From the NCBI GenBank assembly GCA_012519455.1, contig JAAYQE010000140.1, positions 1 to 61,741 on the forward strand: a stretch of DNA of 61,741 nucleotides. Reading direction: 5' to 3'. Of the stretch, positions 18,704 through 28,364 are shown in pieces; position 1 is the first letter of the stretch; each line of letters begins with the position of its first letter. The notes under the pieces are model-generated. The model saw only the letters and a list, made by a program, of their open reading frames with translations. It did not search any database and was not told the DNA's origin. Both the position numbers and the translations under genes were made by a program. The DNA is from Syntrophomonadaceae bacterium. GTDB lineage: Bacteria > Bacillota > Ch66 > Ch109.

Positions 18704-19792
18704 ATGTCCTCAGGACAATTTTTAAAAGATATACAAGGGAAAATAGCCAATCAAGAGCGTTTAAGTCGGGAAGACGGATTAGCCCTTATGTGCCATCCTG
18801 ATCTTTTAAGTATAGGAAAGTTGGCTCGGCAGGTAAAAATACAAAAAACCGGTAAACAAGTATTTTTTAATCTAAATTTTCATATAAACTTGACCAATGT
18901 TTGCGCCTCCCGTTGTAAATTTTGTGCTTTTGGTCGTGATCAGGCAGATGAAGGATCCTATACAATGACTTTAGAAGAGGTGTTAAAGGAAGCCGAATAC
19001 GGGGTGGCCACCGGAGCTACCGAGCTGCATATTGTTAGTGCCTTACATCCGGCTTTGCCTTTTGATTATTATGTAGAAATAATCCAGGGCTGTAGAGATA
19101 AATTTCCCTCGGTGCACCTTAAGGCCTTTACCGCCGTAGAAATTGATTACTTTAGCCGTATTTCGGGACTTTCCCTGTCTCAAGTCTTAACCCGCTTAAA
19201 AGAAGCTGGTTTAGGTTCCTTACCTGGGGGAGGAGCGGAAGTATTTAGTTCTCGGGTACGCAGTCAGCTATGTCCCAATAAAGCGACCGGGGAACGATGG
19301 TTGGAAGTAATGCGTACGGCCCATGGTTTAGGCTTAAAAAGTAATTCGACTATGCTCTACGGGCAGATTGAAACGGTTGAAGAAAGGATTGATCATCTAC
19401 TGACTTTACGTCAACTGCAAGATGAAACTGGTGGTTTTCAATCGTTTATCCCCTTGCCGTTCCATCCGGAAAACACGCAGATTCCCCATCTTAAGCGAAC
19501 GACTGCTTATGAGGATTTAAAAGTGATGGCCGTATCCCGTCTGCTTTTAGATAACTTTGACCATATTAAAGCTTATTGGATTATGTTAGGTATCCCGGTA
19601 GCCCAACTTTCTTTAGCGTTTGGAGCGGATGATTTAGACGGGACTGTGGTCCAAGAAAAAATAACCCATGCGGCCGGCGCACGTACAGCCGAGGGGATAA
19701 CGCAAAAAGAACTCCTCCCCTTAATTCGCGAGGCGGGTTATATCCCAGTAGAACGAGATACTCTGTATAATACGCTTAAGGTCTATGCTTAA
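18704..19792 (+). CDS. mqnE: Aminofutalosine synthase (radical SAM)
   Basis: CxxxCxxC (CASRCKFC), HLKAFTAVEI, HIKAYWIMLG, GADDLDGT. Confidence 0.9.
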   Translation: MSSGQFLKDIQGKIANQERLSREDGLALMCHPDLLSIGKLARQVKIQKTGKQVFFNLNFHINLTNVCASRCKFCAFGRDQADEGSYTMTLEEVLKEAEYGVATGATELHIVSALHPALPFDYYVEIIQGCRDKFPSVHLKAFTAVEIDYFSRISGLSLSQVLTRLKEAGLGSLPGGGAEVFSSRVRSQLCPNKATGERWLEVMRTAHGLGLKSNSTMLYGQIETVEERIDHLLTLRQLQDETGGFQSFIPLPFHPENTQIPHLKRTTAYEDLKVMAVSRLLLDNFDHIKAYWIMLGIPVAQLSLAFGADDLDGTVVQEKITHAAGARTAEGITQKELLPLIREAGYIPVERDTLYNTLKVYA

Positions 19793-19850
19793 GTATCGCA
19801 TAACTTATTCAACTATTTTAACACTATATTAAAGGAAGGAGTCAAGCAAT

Positions 19851-20681
19851 GTGCGTCCTCGAGTTGGCCATATCCAGTTTATAAACTGCTTACCTTTATA
19901 TTACGGTTTGGTAAAAAAAGGGGTGCTTTTAGATGTTGAACTAACTAAAGGTACGCCTACCGAATTAAATCAGTATTTGATCCGGGGTGAACTAGATATT
20001 AGCCCTATATCCTCGATTGAATACGGGCGGCATGCGGATGAGTTGTTGCTTATGCCGGATTTAACCGTTAGTGCGGACGGTGAGGTCCGCAGTATTTTAC
20101 TTTTAAGTAAAGTACCGATAGAAGAATTGGAAGGAAGAACGATTGCCTTAACTAATACTTCAGCTACTTCTCAGGCCCTTTTACAGATTTTGTTACAAGA
20201 AAGGTTTGGCTTAAAATGCCACTTTTTTGTTAGTCCCCCGGAATTAGGCTCCATGCTCTTGGAGGCTGATGCCGCTTTATTAATCGGGGACCCTGCATTA
20301 CGCGCGTTTTATCAACCGCGTCAAGGTCTGTATAGTTATGATCTAGGGACGGTTTGGAAAGAGTTTACCGGGTTGCCAATGGTCTTTGCCGTATGGGCCG
20401 TACGGCGTGAATATGTGCATAAACATAAAGATTTGGCGATGGAAGTTTACCATGCCTTCCACCAATCGATGCAGTTTAGTTTAGAACACCTGGATGAAGT
20501 AACGACTAATGCCTCTCGCTGGGAAACGCTCGATAAGGAACTGCTTCGTCAGTATTTTGCCTGTCTACAATTTACCTTTGATGAACAAAAAAAGGCCGGC
20601 TTAGAAAAGTTTTATTTTTATGCCCATCGTTATGGATTTTTAAGTAAAATCCCGGCTATAAAATTTATGAACCACGATTAG
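19851..20681 (+). CDS. mqnA: Chorismate dehydratase
   Basis: HIQFINCLPLY, TSATS, LLIGDPAL, DLG..W..FTGLPMVFAVW. Confidence 0.9.
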   Translation: MRPRVGHIQFINCLPLYYGLVKKGVLLDVELTKGTPTELNQYLIRGELDISPISSIEYGRHADELLLMPDLTVSADGEVRSILLLSKVPIEELEGRTIALTNTSATSQALLQILLQERFGLKCHFFVSPPELGSMLLEADAALLIGDPALRAFYQPRQGLYSYDLGTVWKEFTGLPMVFAVWAVRREYVHKHKDLAMEVYHAFHQSMQFSLEHLDEVTTNASRWETLDKELLRQYFACLQFTFDEQKKAGLEKFYFYAHRYGFLSKIPAIKFMNHD

Positions 20682-20732
20682 CAATTACTAAATTACTATT
20701 AGAGATAACTTAGAAGGGGCGGTATACTATTT

Positions 20733-21800
20733 ATGAATGGTTTGCAAAACCTGCTACAGGAAACCGTAGATGGTCGGCGTTTATCATCTTCTGAAGCGCT
20801 TGAACTAATGGAAAAAGGCGATTTGCTTGATCTGGGGCAGGCTGCTAATCAGATTGTACAAAAAAAACATCCAGCTAACCAGGTTACTTTTGTGATTGAT
20901 CGTAATATTAACTATACTAATATTTGTATTAGCCGTTGCCGTTTTTGCGCCTTCTATCGGGAAAGGCATGATCAGGAAGCTTATGTATTAACCCAGCGCG
21001 AGATATTTGAAAAAATTGAAGAGGCCATAGCACAAGGCGCGACGCAAGTGATGCTCCAGGGAGGGCTGCACCCGGATTTGGGTTTAGATTATGTCGTTCA
21101 GATGGTAAATGATATTAAAGCCCGGTATAATATTACCATTCACTCTTTTTCACCACCGGAGATTTTTCATTTCGCGACCATTTCCAATGTTTCCATTCGT
21201 ACGGTACTACAAAAATTATCCGAGGCGGGTTTAGATTCCTTACCTGGTGGGGGAGCTGAAATACTTGTGGACCGGGTAAGAGACATAATTAGTCCTCACA
21301 AAATAACCGCGAGTCAGTGGCTAGAGGTGATGGAAACCGCTCACTATGTCGGATTAGCTTCTACGGCGACCATGATGATTGGAACGGTGGAAACGAGAGA
21401 GGAACGAATCGATCATTTAGAAAAAATACGCAGTTTACAAGAGCGAACCGGCGGTTTTAGAGGGTTTATACCCTGGACTTTTTGCCCGGAGAATACCGAT
21501 TTAGGCGGCAGTCATGTTTCGGCTCTTGAGTATTTACGGATGCTGGCGATAGCTCGGTTGTATCTAGATAATGTTAATCACATTCAGGGTTCTTGGGTTA
21601 CGCAAAGTCCAGCGATAGGCCAATTATCTCTTCTTTTCGGCGCCGACGATCTGGGAAGTATTATGTTAGAGGAAAATGTAGTCCGGGCGGCCGGTTGCGA
21701 GTATCGATTAAACCGAGACGAAATGATTCGTTTAATTCGCGAAACGGGTAAAATTCCGGCTCAAAGGGATACTACTTATTCTATTTTAAAAGTATTTTAA
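20733..21800 (+). CDS. mqnC: Cyclic dehypoxanthinyl futalosine synthase (radical SAM)
   Basis: DRNINYTNIC..RCRFC, QGGLHP, HSFSPPE, SIMLEENVV. Confidence 0.92.
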   Translation: MNGLQNLLQETVDGRRLSSSEALELMEKGDLLDLGQAANQIVQKKHPANQVTFVIDRNINYTNICISRCRFCAFYRERHDQEAYVLTQREIFEKIEEAIAQGATQVMLQGGLHPDLGLDYVVQMVNDIKARYNITIHSFSPPEIFHFATISNVSIRTVLQKLSEAGLDSLPGGGAEILVDRVRDIISPHKITASQWLEVMETAHYVGLASTATMMIGTVETREERIDHLEKIRSLQERTGGFRGFIPWTFCPENTDLGGSHVSALEYLRMLAIARLYLDNVNHIQGSWVTQSPAIGQLSLLFGADDLGSIMLEENVVRAAGCEYRLNRDEMIRLIRETGKIPAQRDTTYSILKVF

Positions 21801-21816
21801 AAAAGGAGGTGTTGAT

Positions 21817-24663
21817 TTGGGTGTAAATCCCAGGGCTAAAATCTTGGTATTCCTCCTAGTGATTGTCATAATCGCTTTAGGAGCCTTAATTACTGACTTT
21901 TATGTGAACTGGATGTGGTTTAAATCGATAAACCTCCAATCCGTTTTTCTAACTATGCTTTTATCTAAAGTTTTATTAAGAATAGTCGTGGGGCTAGGCT
22001 TTTTCTTGATTTTTTTAATTAATTTTCTAGTGACGCGTAGAACGCTAATCGATCTGGTACAAAATCCCCAAGATATCAAAGTAATTCGTTTGCAAAAACC
22101 TTTTTGGGAAACTTTTTTAGAAGGACGCGGGTTAATTCTCTTTTTTATTGGGTTAAGCTTTTTACTGGCGTATATTTTTAGCGCGGTGGCTTCCGATAAC
22201 TGGATGATTGTCCAGCAATATTTACACGCTGGTTCTTTTGGAGTTATTGATCCGATTTATAAACAGGACGTTGGTTTTTATGTTTTTAAGTTGCCGTTTT
22301 ATCAGTTAATTTATAATTACTTGATGGCCGGTATTATTGTATCAGCGATTCTTACCTTTTTAATCTATCTAATAAGCAGTCCTAAAACTTTTTATAAACC
22401 GCTGGGAGCGTTTACGAGACCCAAAGTACATATATCGGTTTTAATTGCCTTGTTTTTCATAATCAAAGCTTGGGGTTATAAGCTTAGTACTTATGGGTTG
22501 CTATATTCGGCAAATGATGTCCTTTTTGGGGCTGGTTATACAGATATTCATGCCCGGTTGCTAGCTTATCAGACCCTTTTTATTGTAGCTCTGATTTGTT
22601 CGGCCGTTATCTTAGTTAACCTATTTGTGCGGCGCTTACAGTGGGTCGGCATTAGTATTGCGCTGTTAGTGAGTACTTCCTTAGTTTTCGGGTTATTTTA
22701 TCCGGCCTTCATTCAAAAATTTCGGGTACTCCCCAACCAATTCGTTATGGAAGAACCGTATATTGCCTATAATATTGCTTATACCCAGAAGGCCTATGGC
22801 TTAGATAACCTGAAACGGCAGAATTTCCCGGCCGAAAACACTTTAACTACAGCGGATATTAAGGATAATAGTGATACCATAAAAAACATACGTCTTTGGG
22901 ACTGGAAGCCGCTACAGCAGACTTATTCCCAATTGCAAGAAATGCGGCCTTATTATACGTTTAAAGATATAGATATTGATCGTTATGTAATTAATGGTGA
23001 ATATCGTCAGATGATGCTGGGTGTACGTGAATTAGTTCAAGCCAAGTTACCTCCCCAGGCCCAAACCTGGATAAACCAAACTTTAAAGTATACCCATGGC
23101 TACGGGATCGCCATGAATCCGGTAAATGAAATTTCTAACGAAGGACTGCCGGTTTTCCATTTACAAAATATTCCACCCGAAACCTCGGTAGAGAATCTCC
23201 ATTTGACCCGCCCTGAGATTTATTATGGGGAAGAAACTAATAATTATGTCATTGTAAATACCGAGGCTTTAGAGTTTGATTATCCAATGGGGGATCAAAA
23301 CGTAGAATCGACTTACCAGGGGGTAAGTGGAGTCCAGCTTTCATCTTTGTTTCGTCGTGTTATGTTTGCTACCGCTTTTGGCGACTATAAATTATTATTA
23401 TCGAAGGACTTAACTGAAAATAGTCAAATTTTATATAACCGAAACATCCATGAACGGATACGTAAAGCAGTTCCTTTTTTGCATTATGATTACGATCCCT
23501 ATCCCGTAATCAGCAACGGTAAGATTTATTGGATTCAGGATGCCTATACTACTAGTAACTGGTATCCCTATTCGGAACCGACCGAAGGTTGGGGTAATTA
23601 CGTTCGGAACTCCGTGAAAGTGGTGATCGATGCTTATGACGGGAGTATGAATTTTTATGTATCCGATAGTCAGGATCCGATTATCCAGTGTTATCAACTA
23701 ATTTTTCCTCAGTTATTTAAATCAATCGAAACCATGCCCCTAGATCTACGTTTACACTTAAGGTATCCTGAAGATTTATTCTTGGTACAGGCTAAATTAT
23801 ATACTACTTACCACATGCAAAATACGCGTATCTTTTATAATAAAGAAGATAAATGGAGCTTGCCGGAAGAAATCTACGGCGGACAAAAAGAAACAATCAA
23901 ACCTTATTATACGATTATGCGTTTGCCCGGGGAGGAACAACCGGAATTCCTGTTGATGATTCCTTTCACGCCAGATAAGCGGACGAATATGGTCGCTTGG
24001 ATGGCGGCTCGTTCTGACGGAGAGCATTACGGTCAACTCCTGGTTTATAATTTCCCGAAACAAAAATTGATTTACGGTCCCATGCAGATTGAATCTAGAA
24101 TTGATCAGGACGGTGAAATCTCCAAAGAGTTGACTTTATGGAATCAACGAGGATCGAATATTTTTCGGGGTAACCTGCTGGTTATCCCGGTAGAAGAATC
24201 CCTGATCTATGTGGAACCACTTTATCTACAAGCGGAACAAAGTAGAATGCCGGAACTGCGCCGGGTAATTGTGGTGTACGGAGATCGGGTGGTTATGGAG
24301 CGTAATTTAGAGGAAGCCTTGAAAAAAGCCTTCCGTCCCGGTGCGGCGCCACCTCCTGAAGTCGAGGTGCCGAATTCGAATTTTGGAGGCAGCACTGAAC
24401 TAACGATTAACGAATTGTCCCTCCGATCCTATCAGACTTTTCAGGAGGCACAACGGCTTTTACGTGAAGGAGATTGGGCAGGCTATGGTGAGAGCATGAA
24501 GGAACTAGAGGCCATTTTGCTAGAATTACAAAAAGCCGCTGGATACCCCGAAGGGTATACAGCCCAAAACACGACGACGCCAATACTACCCACCAACCCT
24601 ACTCCTTTAGAAGTTCTGACCGCTCCGGCTGAAGAAGCGGTACAAGAGGAGGTAGAACAGTGA
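21817..24663 (+). CDS. UPF0182 family membrane protein
   Basis: N-terminal TMs; NIRLWD, YTHGYG, DPYPV, YVRNSVK, GNLLVIP and YVEPLY motifs. Confidence 0.92.
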   Translation: MGVNPRAKILVFLLVIVIIALGALITDFYVNWMWFKSINLQSVFLTMLLSKVLLRIVVGLGFFLIFLINFLVTRRTLIDLVQNPQDIKVIRLQKPFWETFLEGRGLILFFIGLSFLLAYIFSAVASDNWMIVQQYLHAGSFGVIDPIYKQDVGFYVFKLPFYQLIYNYLMAGIIVSAILTFLIYLISSPKTFYKPLGAFTRPKVHISVLIALFFIIKAWGYKLSTYGLLYSANDVLFGAGYTDIHARLLAYQTLFIVALICSAVILVNLFVRRLQWVGISIALLVSTSLVFGLFYPAFIQKFRVLPNQFVMEEPYIAYNIAYTQKAYGLDNLKRQNFPAENTLTTADIKDNSDTIKNIRLWDWKPLQQTYSQLQEMRPYYTFKDIDIDRYVINGEYRQMMLGVRELVQAKLPPQAQTWINQTLKYTHGYGIAMNPVNEISNEGLPVFHLQNIPPETSVENLHLTRPEIYYGEETNNYVIVNTEALEFDYPMGDQNVESTYQGVSGVQLSSLFRRVMFATAFGDYKLLLSKDLTENSQILYNRNIHERIRKAVPFLHYDYDPYPVISNGKIYWIQDAYTTSNWYPYSEPTEGWGNYVRNSVKVVIDAYDGSMNFYVSDSQDPIIQCYQLIFPQLFKSIETMPLDLRLHLRYPEDLFLVQAKLYTTYHMQNTRIFYNKEDKWSLPEEIYGGQKETIKPYYTIMRLPGEEQPEFLLMIPFTPDKRTNMVAWMAARSDGEHYGQLLVYNFPKQKLIYGPMQIESRIDQDGEISKELTLWNQRGSNIFRGNLLVIPVEESLIYVEPLYLQAEQSRMPELRRVIVVYGDRVVMERNLEEALKKAFRPGAAPPPEVEVPNSNFGGSTELTINELSLRSYQTFQEAQRLLREGDWAGYGESMKELEAILLELQKAAGYPEGYTAQNTTTPILPTNPTPLEVLTAPAEEAVQEEVEQ

Positions 24664-24727
24664 CGCAATATGGATATGTTCCTGTTAATGGAAGTGAAGG
24701 TGGAGTAAATAACGAGGTGGATAACTT

Positions 24728-25303
24728 ATGTCAAAGCAAACGGTTATCGCTTGCCTGGGAGATAGTTTAACCTGGGGATTCCCTTACGGTACCCAGTATT
24801 CTTGGGTAAACCTGGTTAGCCAGCGTACGGGTTTAAAAATGATTAACCTTGGAATTAACGGAAACACTACGGAAGATATGTTACATCGTTTCCCTTTTCA
24901 AGTGCTACCGGCCAAGCCTACCCATGTAGTGCTTATGGGGGGTACTAATGATATCATTATGCGGGAAACTTTTCCCCGGATTACCTTAAATTTGCAGAAT
25001 TTAGTTGAAGTGGCCCAAAAACATAAGATCATTCCAATCCTCGGCTTGCCGATTCCCCTGGGTTGGAAGGAAGCCGAAGTAAGATTAGAGCGGATCCGGG
25101 CCTGGATGCGCGATTTAGCTTGTACCCAAAACTTAAAGGTCATCGATTTTAACCGGGCATTTTTCCAGGTTAATTCCGAGGGGGAATGGATACCGCGTTG
25201 GGAATTAATGCTTGACGGTTCCCATCCCGCAATCGAAGGGTATATCGCAATGGCGGACCAGTTTGACCCGGCAGCCTTGGGCTTATTACCCGACCAAGAG
25301 TAA
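24728..25303 (+). CDS. SGNH/GDSL lipase/esterase
   Basis: GDSLT, GINGNTT, GGTND and DGSHP blocks. Confidence 0.9.
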   Translation: MSKQTVIACLGDSLTWGFPYGTQYSWVNLVSQRTGLKMINLGINGNTTEDMLHRFPFQVLPAKPTHVVLMGGTNDIIMRETFPRITLNLQNLVEVAQKHKIIPILGLPIPLGWKEAEVRLERIRAWMRDLACTQNLKVIDFNRAFFQVNSEGEWIPRWELMLDGSHPAIEGYIAMADQFDPAALGLLPDQE

Positions 25304-25330
25304 CCATATAAAGACCTGGAATTACCGGAA

Positions 25331-26323
25331 TTATTTCTGTAATATTTGATCTAACTGGGACGGATCCAGCGGTGGTACTTCTATGGTGTTGGGGGTTTGC
25401 GTTGGGACCCAGTATTTAATTTCTACCAGGGGAAGGTCCCGGGCATCACTATAACGGGCGGTAATTCCTCCAGCCAGTCGAAGGTGATCTTCCGACTCGA
25501 TACCGGCCAGATTTTGTAAGACCGACAGTGGCCCCGGGTGGGTTGCGGCTTTTAACAATATTTTATGCATACCGACTTGTTCTTGGAGGAATTCGTTTTC
25601 GCTTTTTTTACGGCCTACGATCAGGTAAAAACCATCCGGACCAAAAAAGTGCCTTCCTACTTTGAGCAGCTCAAAGTCATTATACGTGGCGTTTGGCTTA
25701 CGCTCCAGTAAGATTTTCAAGCGTTCAGCAAAACTGGGCACGGTTAAGAGACACCCACCAGCCGGAGAAGGATAATCCTTTAAACCATATAATTCGGCTA
25801 ATTTTAATTGGGGTTTGCGTGACCGGCCCGAGAGAGCTAGAAGCTTTTCCCGGTCTACCCAACCTCGAATTTCCGGTATGGTAGGAGGAAGCAGTCGTGC
25901 GGAAAGGGGGCGTAAAACTAGTCCAGGGTAACCGGAAAGTTTCTCTACAATGTGTAAAGCGTCCAATCTTTGAGATTTGGGGCGTTGTTTTAAAACTTCT
26001 CCAGTAATTAAAAATTGAGCGTTGATCTGTTCCATGTATTGTCCTGCCAATTTTAACATCAAACCGTGGCAATCAATACACGGATTTAAGTTTTTACCAA
26101 AACCGTAGCGGGGATTTTTCAAAATCGCTAAATATTCTTCTCCAAAGGTGATCGTATGTAATTTAATGCCTAGGTTTTGGGACGCCTTAGTAACCCAAGG
26201 GGATTCACTAAAAAAGGGACTATTAAAGAAAACCCCGATGACTTCAATGCCTTGCTCCTGAATAAGACGAATAGCTAGTTGACTATCTAGTCCCCCGGAC
26301 AAGAGGGCTACGGCTTTATGCAT
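25331..26323 (-). CDS. ThiI/MnmA-like PP-loop tRNA thiouridylase-like protein with C-terminal DUF814-like region
   Basis: LLSGGLDS PP-loop, NPCIDC, TGEVLKQRPKSQ, PAGGCLLT. Confidence 0.75.
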   Translation of the reverse strand: MHKAVALLSGGLDSQLAIRLIQEQGIEVIGVFFNSPFFSESPWVTKASQNLGIKLHTITFGEEYLAILKNPRYGFGKNLNPCIDCHGLMLKLAGQYMEQINAQFLITGEVLKQRPKSQRLDALHIVEKLSGYPGLVLRPLSARLLPPTIPEIRGWVDREKLLALSGRSRKPQLKLAELYGLKDYPSPAGGCLLTVPSFAERLKILLERKPNATYNDFELLKVGRHFFGPDGFYLIVGRKKSENEFLQEQVGMHKILLKAATHPGPLSVLQNLAGIESEDHLRLAGGITARYSDARDLPLVEIKYWVPTQTPNTIEVPPLDPSQLDQILQK

Positions 26324-26348
26324 AATTAATCCTCCCGTTAGAATATAC

Positions 26349-26861
26349 TTATTTTAGTTTGGTAATTATTTGATTGAGAAATTCGGGGGTTATATGTTCT
26401 TCGGTGAAAACATTAATCCCTATTTTTTTAAGTAGGGCGGCAGTGACGCCATCGCCGGCTTTAAGCTGACCGGAAAAGGAGCCGTTATAAATTTGACCAC
26501 ACCCACAAGAGGGGCTGCGGGCCTTTAAGATAGCGGTATGAGCACCAACCTTTTGGGCTAAATCTGCTACCTCTTTAGCCCCCATTAGAAAAGCACTAGT
26601 TCGATCTTTCCCGGCTTGATCAAGCACCCGAACTTTACTCGGTTGGCTTAAATCTACTTCAGGACCTTGAGCGAATAGGTCTTCGCCACTTCCACCTTGA
26701 ATTTCCGCCGGGATGCGGGGGGTGGGGAGTCCGCCTAGTTGTTCAGGACAAATCGGCAGTAAATGACCAGAAACTAACGCTTGAACTAATAGGGGGTGCA
26801 GGTTATTTCTGCCATCATAACGGCAGTTTATTCCCACCAAACATGCACTAACTAGGATCAT
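26349..26861 (-). CDS. DUF523 / TudS-like 2-thiouracil desulfidase
   Basis: ILVSACLVGINCRYDG, ICPEQLGGLPTPR, LKARSPSCG, GDGVTAALL. Confidence 0.88.
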   Translation of the reverse strand: MILVSACLVGINCRYDGRNNLHPLLVQALVSGHLLPICPEQLGGLPTPRIPAEIQGGSGEDLFAQGPEVDLSQPSKVRVLDQAGKDRTSAFLMGAKEVADLAQKVGAHTAILKARSPSCGCGQIYNGSFSGQLKAGDGVTAALLKKIGINVFTEEHITPEFLNQIITKLK

Positions 26862-26972
26862 TTACTAAATACCTCCAGCGTATTACGACATATTATTATA
26901 CTACTCCAAGCAGGAAATTACCAACTTGGGGCGAATAGTAGAGCAGAGTAATAAATGAATGGGTAATTTAGA

Positions 26973-28268
26973 ATGAAGGGAATAAGATTGAAACAGCAAT
27001 ATTATTATTTTCTTAAGTTTTTTTTTATTTTAACCCTTATTTTGGTGGTTACGACTTCTAAAGCTTATGCGCTTGAAGAACCTAAATTAGAAGACTCCGT
27101 ATCCGCTGCTATTTTAATGGATGCCAAATCGGGTCAAATTTTATACGCTTATAACCCTAATGTCGGCTTACCTATAGCGAGTACTACGAAGATAATGACC
27201 GGTTTGCTAGTTTTGGAACACGCTAACCTGGACGCTTCAGTGGTAGTATCTGAGAACGCCGCCCGCATCGAAGGGAGCAAAATTTATTTAGAACCGGGAG
27301 AAGTTCATCGGGTAGAAGATTTACTTTATGCCATGCTCCTTAATTCGGCCAATGATGTAGCTACTTGTTTAGCTGAATATGTCGGTGGAGGTTCGCTTAA
27401 CGTTTTTATCGAGATGATGAACCAGCGGGCTTTAAGCCTAGGCGCTCTTAACACCCACTTTAATAATCCTACCGGCTTAACGGAGGACGGGCATTATTCT
27501 ACGGCTTATGATTTAGCGCTTATAACCCGCGAAGCTTTACAAAATCCGCAGTTTCGTAAAATCGTAGCTACGCGTACTCGTCCCTGGGTAGGGAAAAATC
27601 ATCAAGGGACCCTGTTAAATCTTAATCGTTTACTCGGAAAGTATCCCGGTCTAACCGGAGTAAAAACCGGATATACGGTAGCAGCGCAGAAATGTTTAGT
27701 CGCCTCCGCTGAACGAGAAGGGCAAGAATTAATCTCGGTTATCCTGGGAAGTGGGAATGCGATTTGGCAACAATCAGAAGCCTTATTGGATTACGGTTTT
27801 GCCAGCTATAAGCCGAGTCTTTTGGTAGAAGCAAACCAGGTTATTAGTCACTTGGACCTAAGCAAAAAACGGTCTGTAAATTTATTGGCTTCCCGGTCCC
27901 TACAAGTATCTTTACCACGGAATCGTGATCTAACTTTAGTACCTCAGATCCAGGTTGAATCAGGGTTGACCCCTCCCTTGTCCGCTGGAATGGTAGCTGG
28001 TTACCTTATTTATGAAATAGAAGGCCAGCCTTTAGAACCAATACCCCTACTTATTGCCGAAGATGTGCCTAAAGAGGGATTATTTCAATCGGCAGTGGTT
28101 ACTCGCACCACTCCCATCGTTTTAACCGCCGGAGGATTGCTGGTTTTTAGTCGGCTAATAGGACGCCGGCGTGCACTGAAACGGAGACGGTTACGTAGAA
28201 GGTCTTCCTCTCAGTACCGTCGAAGATATAGTCGGAGAGATGATCGTGATTACTACTACCGTCCCTAG
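26973..28268 (+). CDS. D-alanyl-D-alanine carboxypeptidase (S11) with C-terminal TM and Arg-rich tail
   Basis: ASTTK (SxxK), LNSAND (SxN), KTG motifs. Confidence 0.92.
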   Translation: MKGIRLKQQYYYFLKFFFILTLILVVTTSKAYALEEPKLEDSVSAAILMDAKSGQILYAYNPNVGLPIASTTKIMTGLLVLEHANLDASVVVSENAARIEGSKIYLEPGEVHRVEDLLYAMLLNSANDVATCLAEYVGGGSLNVFIEMMNQRALSLGALNTHFNNPTGLTEDGHYSTAYDLALITREALQNPQFRKIVATRTRPWVGKNHQGTLLNLNRLLGKYPGLTGVKTGYTVAAQKCLVASAEREGQELISVILGSGNAIWQQSEALLDYGFASYKPSLLVEANQVISHLDLSKKRSVNLLASRSLQVSLPRNRDLTLVPQIQVESGLTPPLSAGMVAGYLIYEIEGQPLEPIPLLIAEDVPKEGLFQSAVVTRTTPIVLTAGGLLVFSRLIGRRRALKRRRLRRRSSSQYRRRYSRRDDRDYYYRP

Positions 28269-28364
28269 GAGCGACCGGGCAAGTAATTTTTGTCACAAGT
28301 AATCTTGGTCATTAGTAGACATTTGTTGATGCACGTGCTAGAATATTTTAGGATATTTCAGTGA

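Noticed and set aside
18704-21800. Absence of mqnB/mqnD as a novel truncated pathway
   Set aside because: These genes are commonly unlinked, and absence from one window says nothing about the genome.
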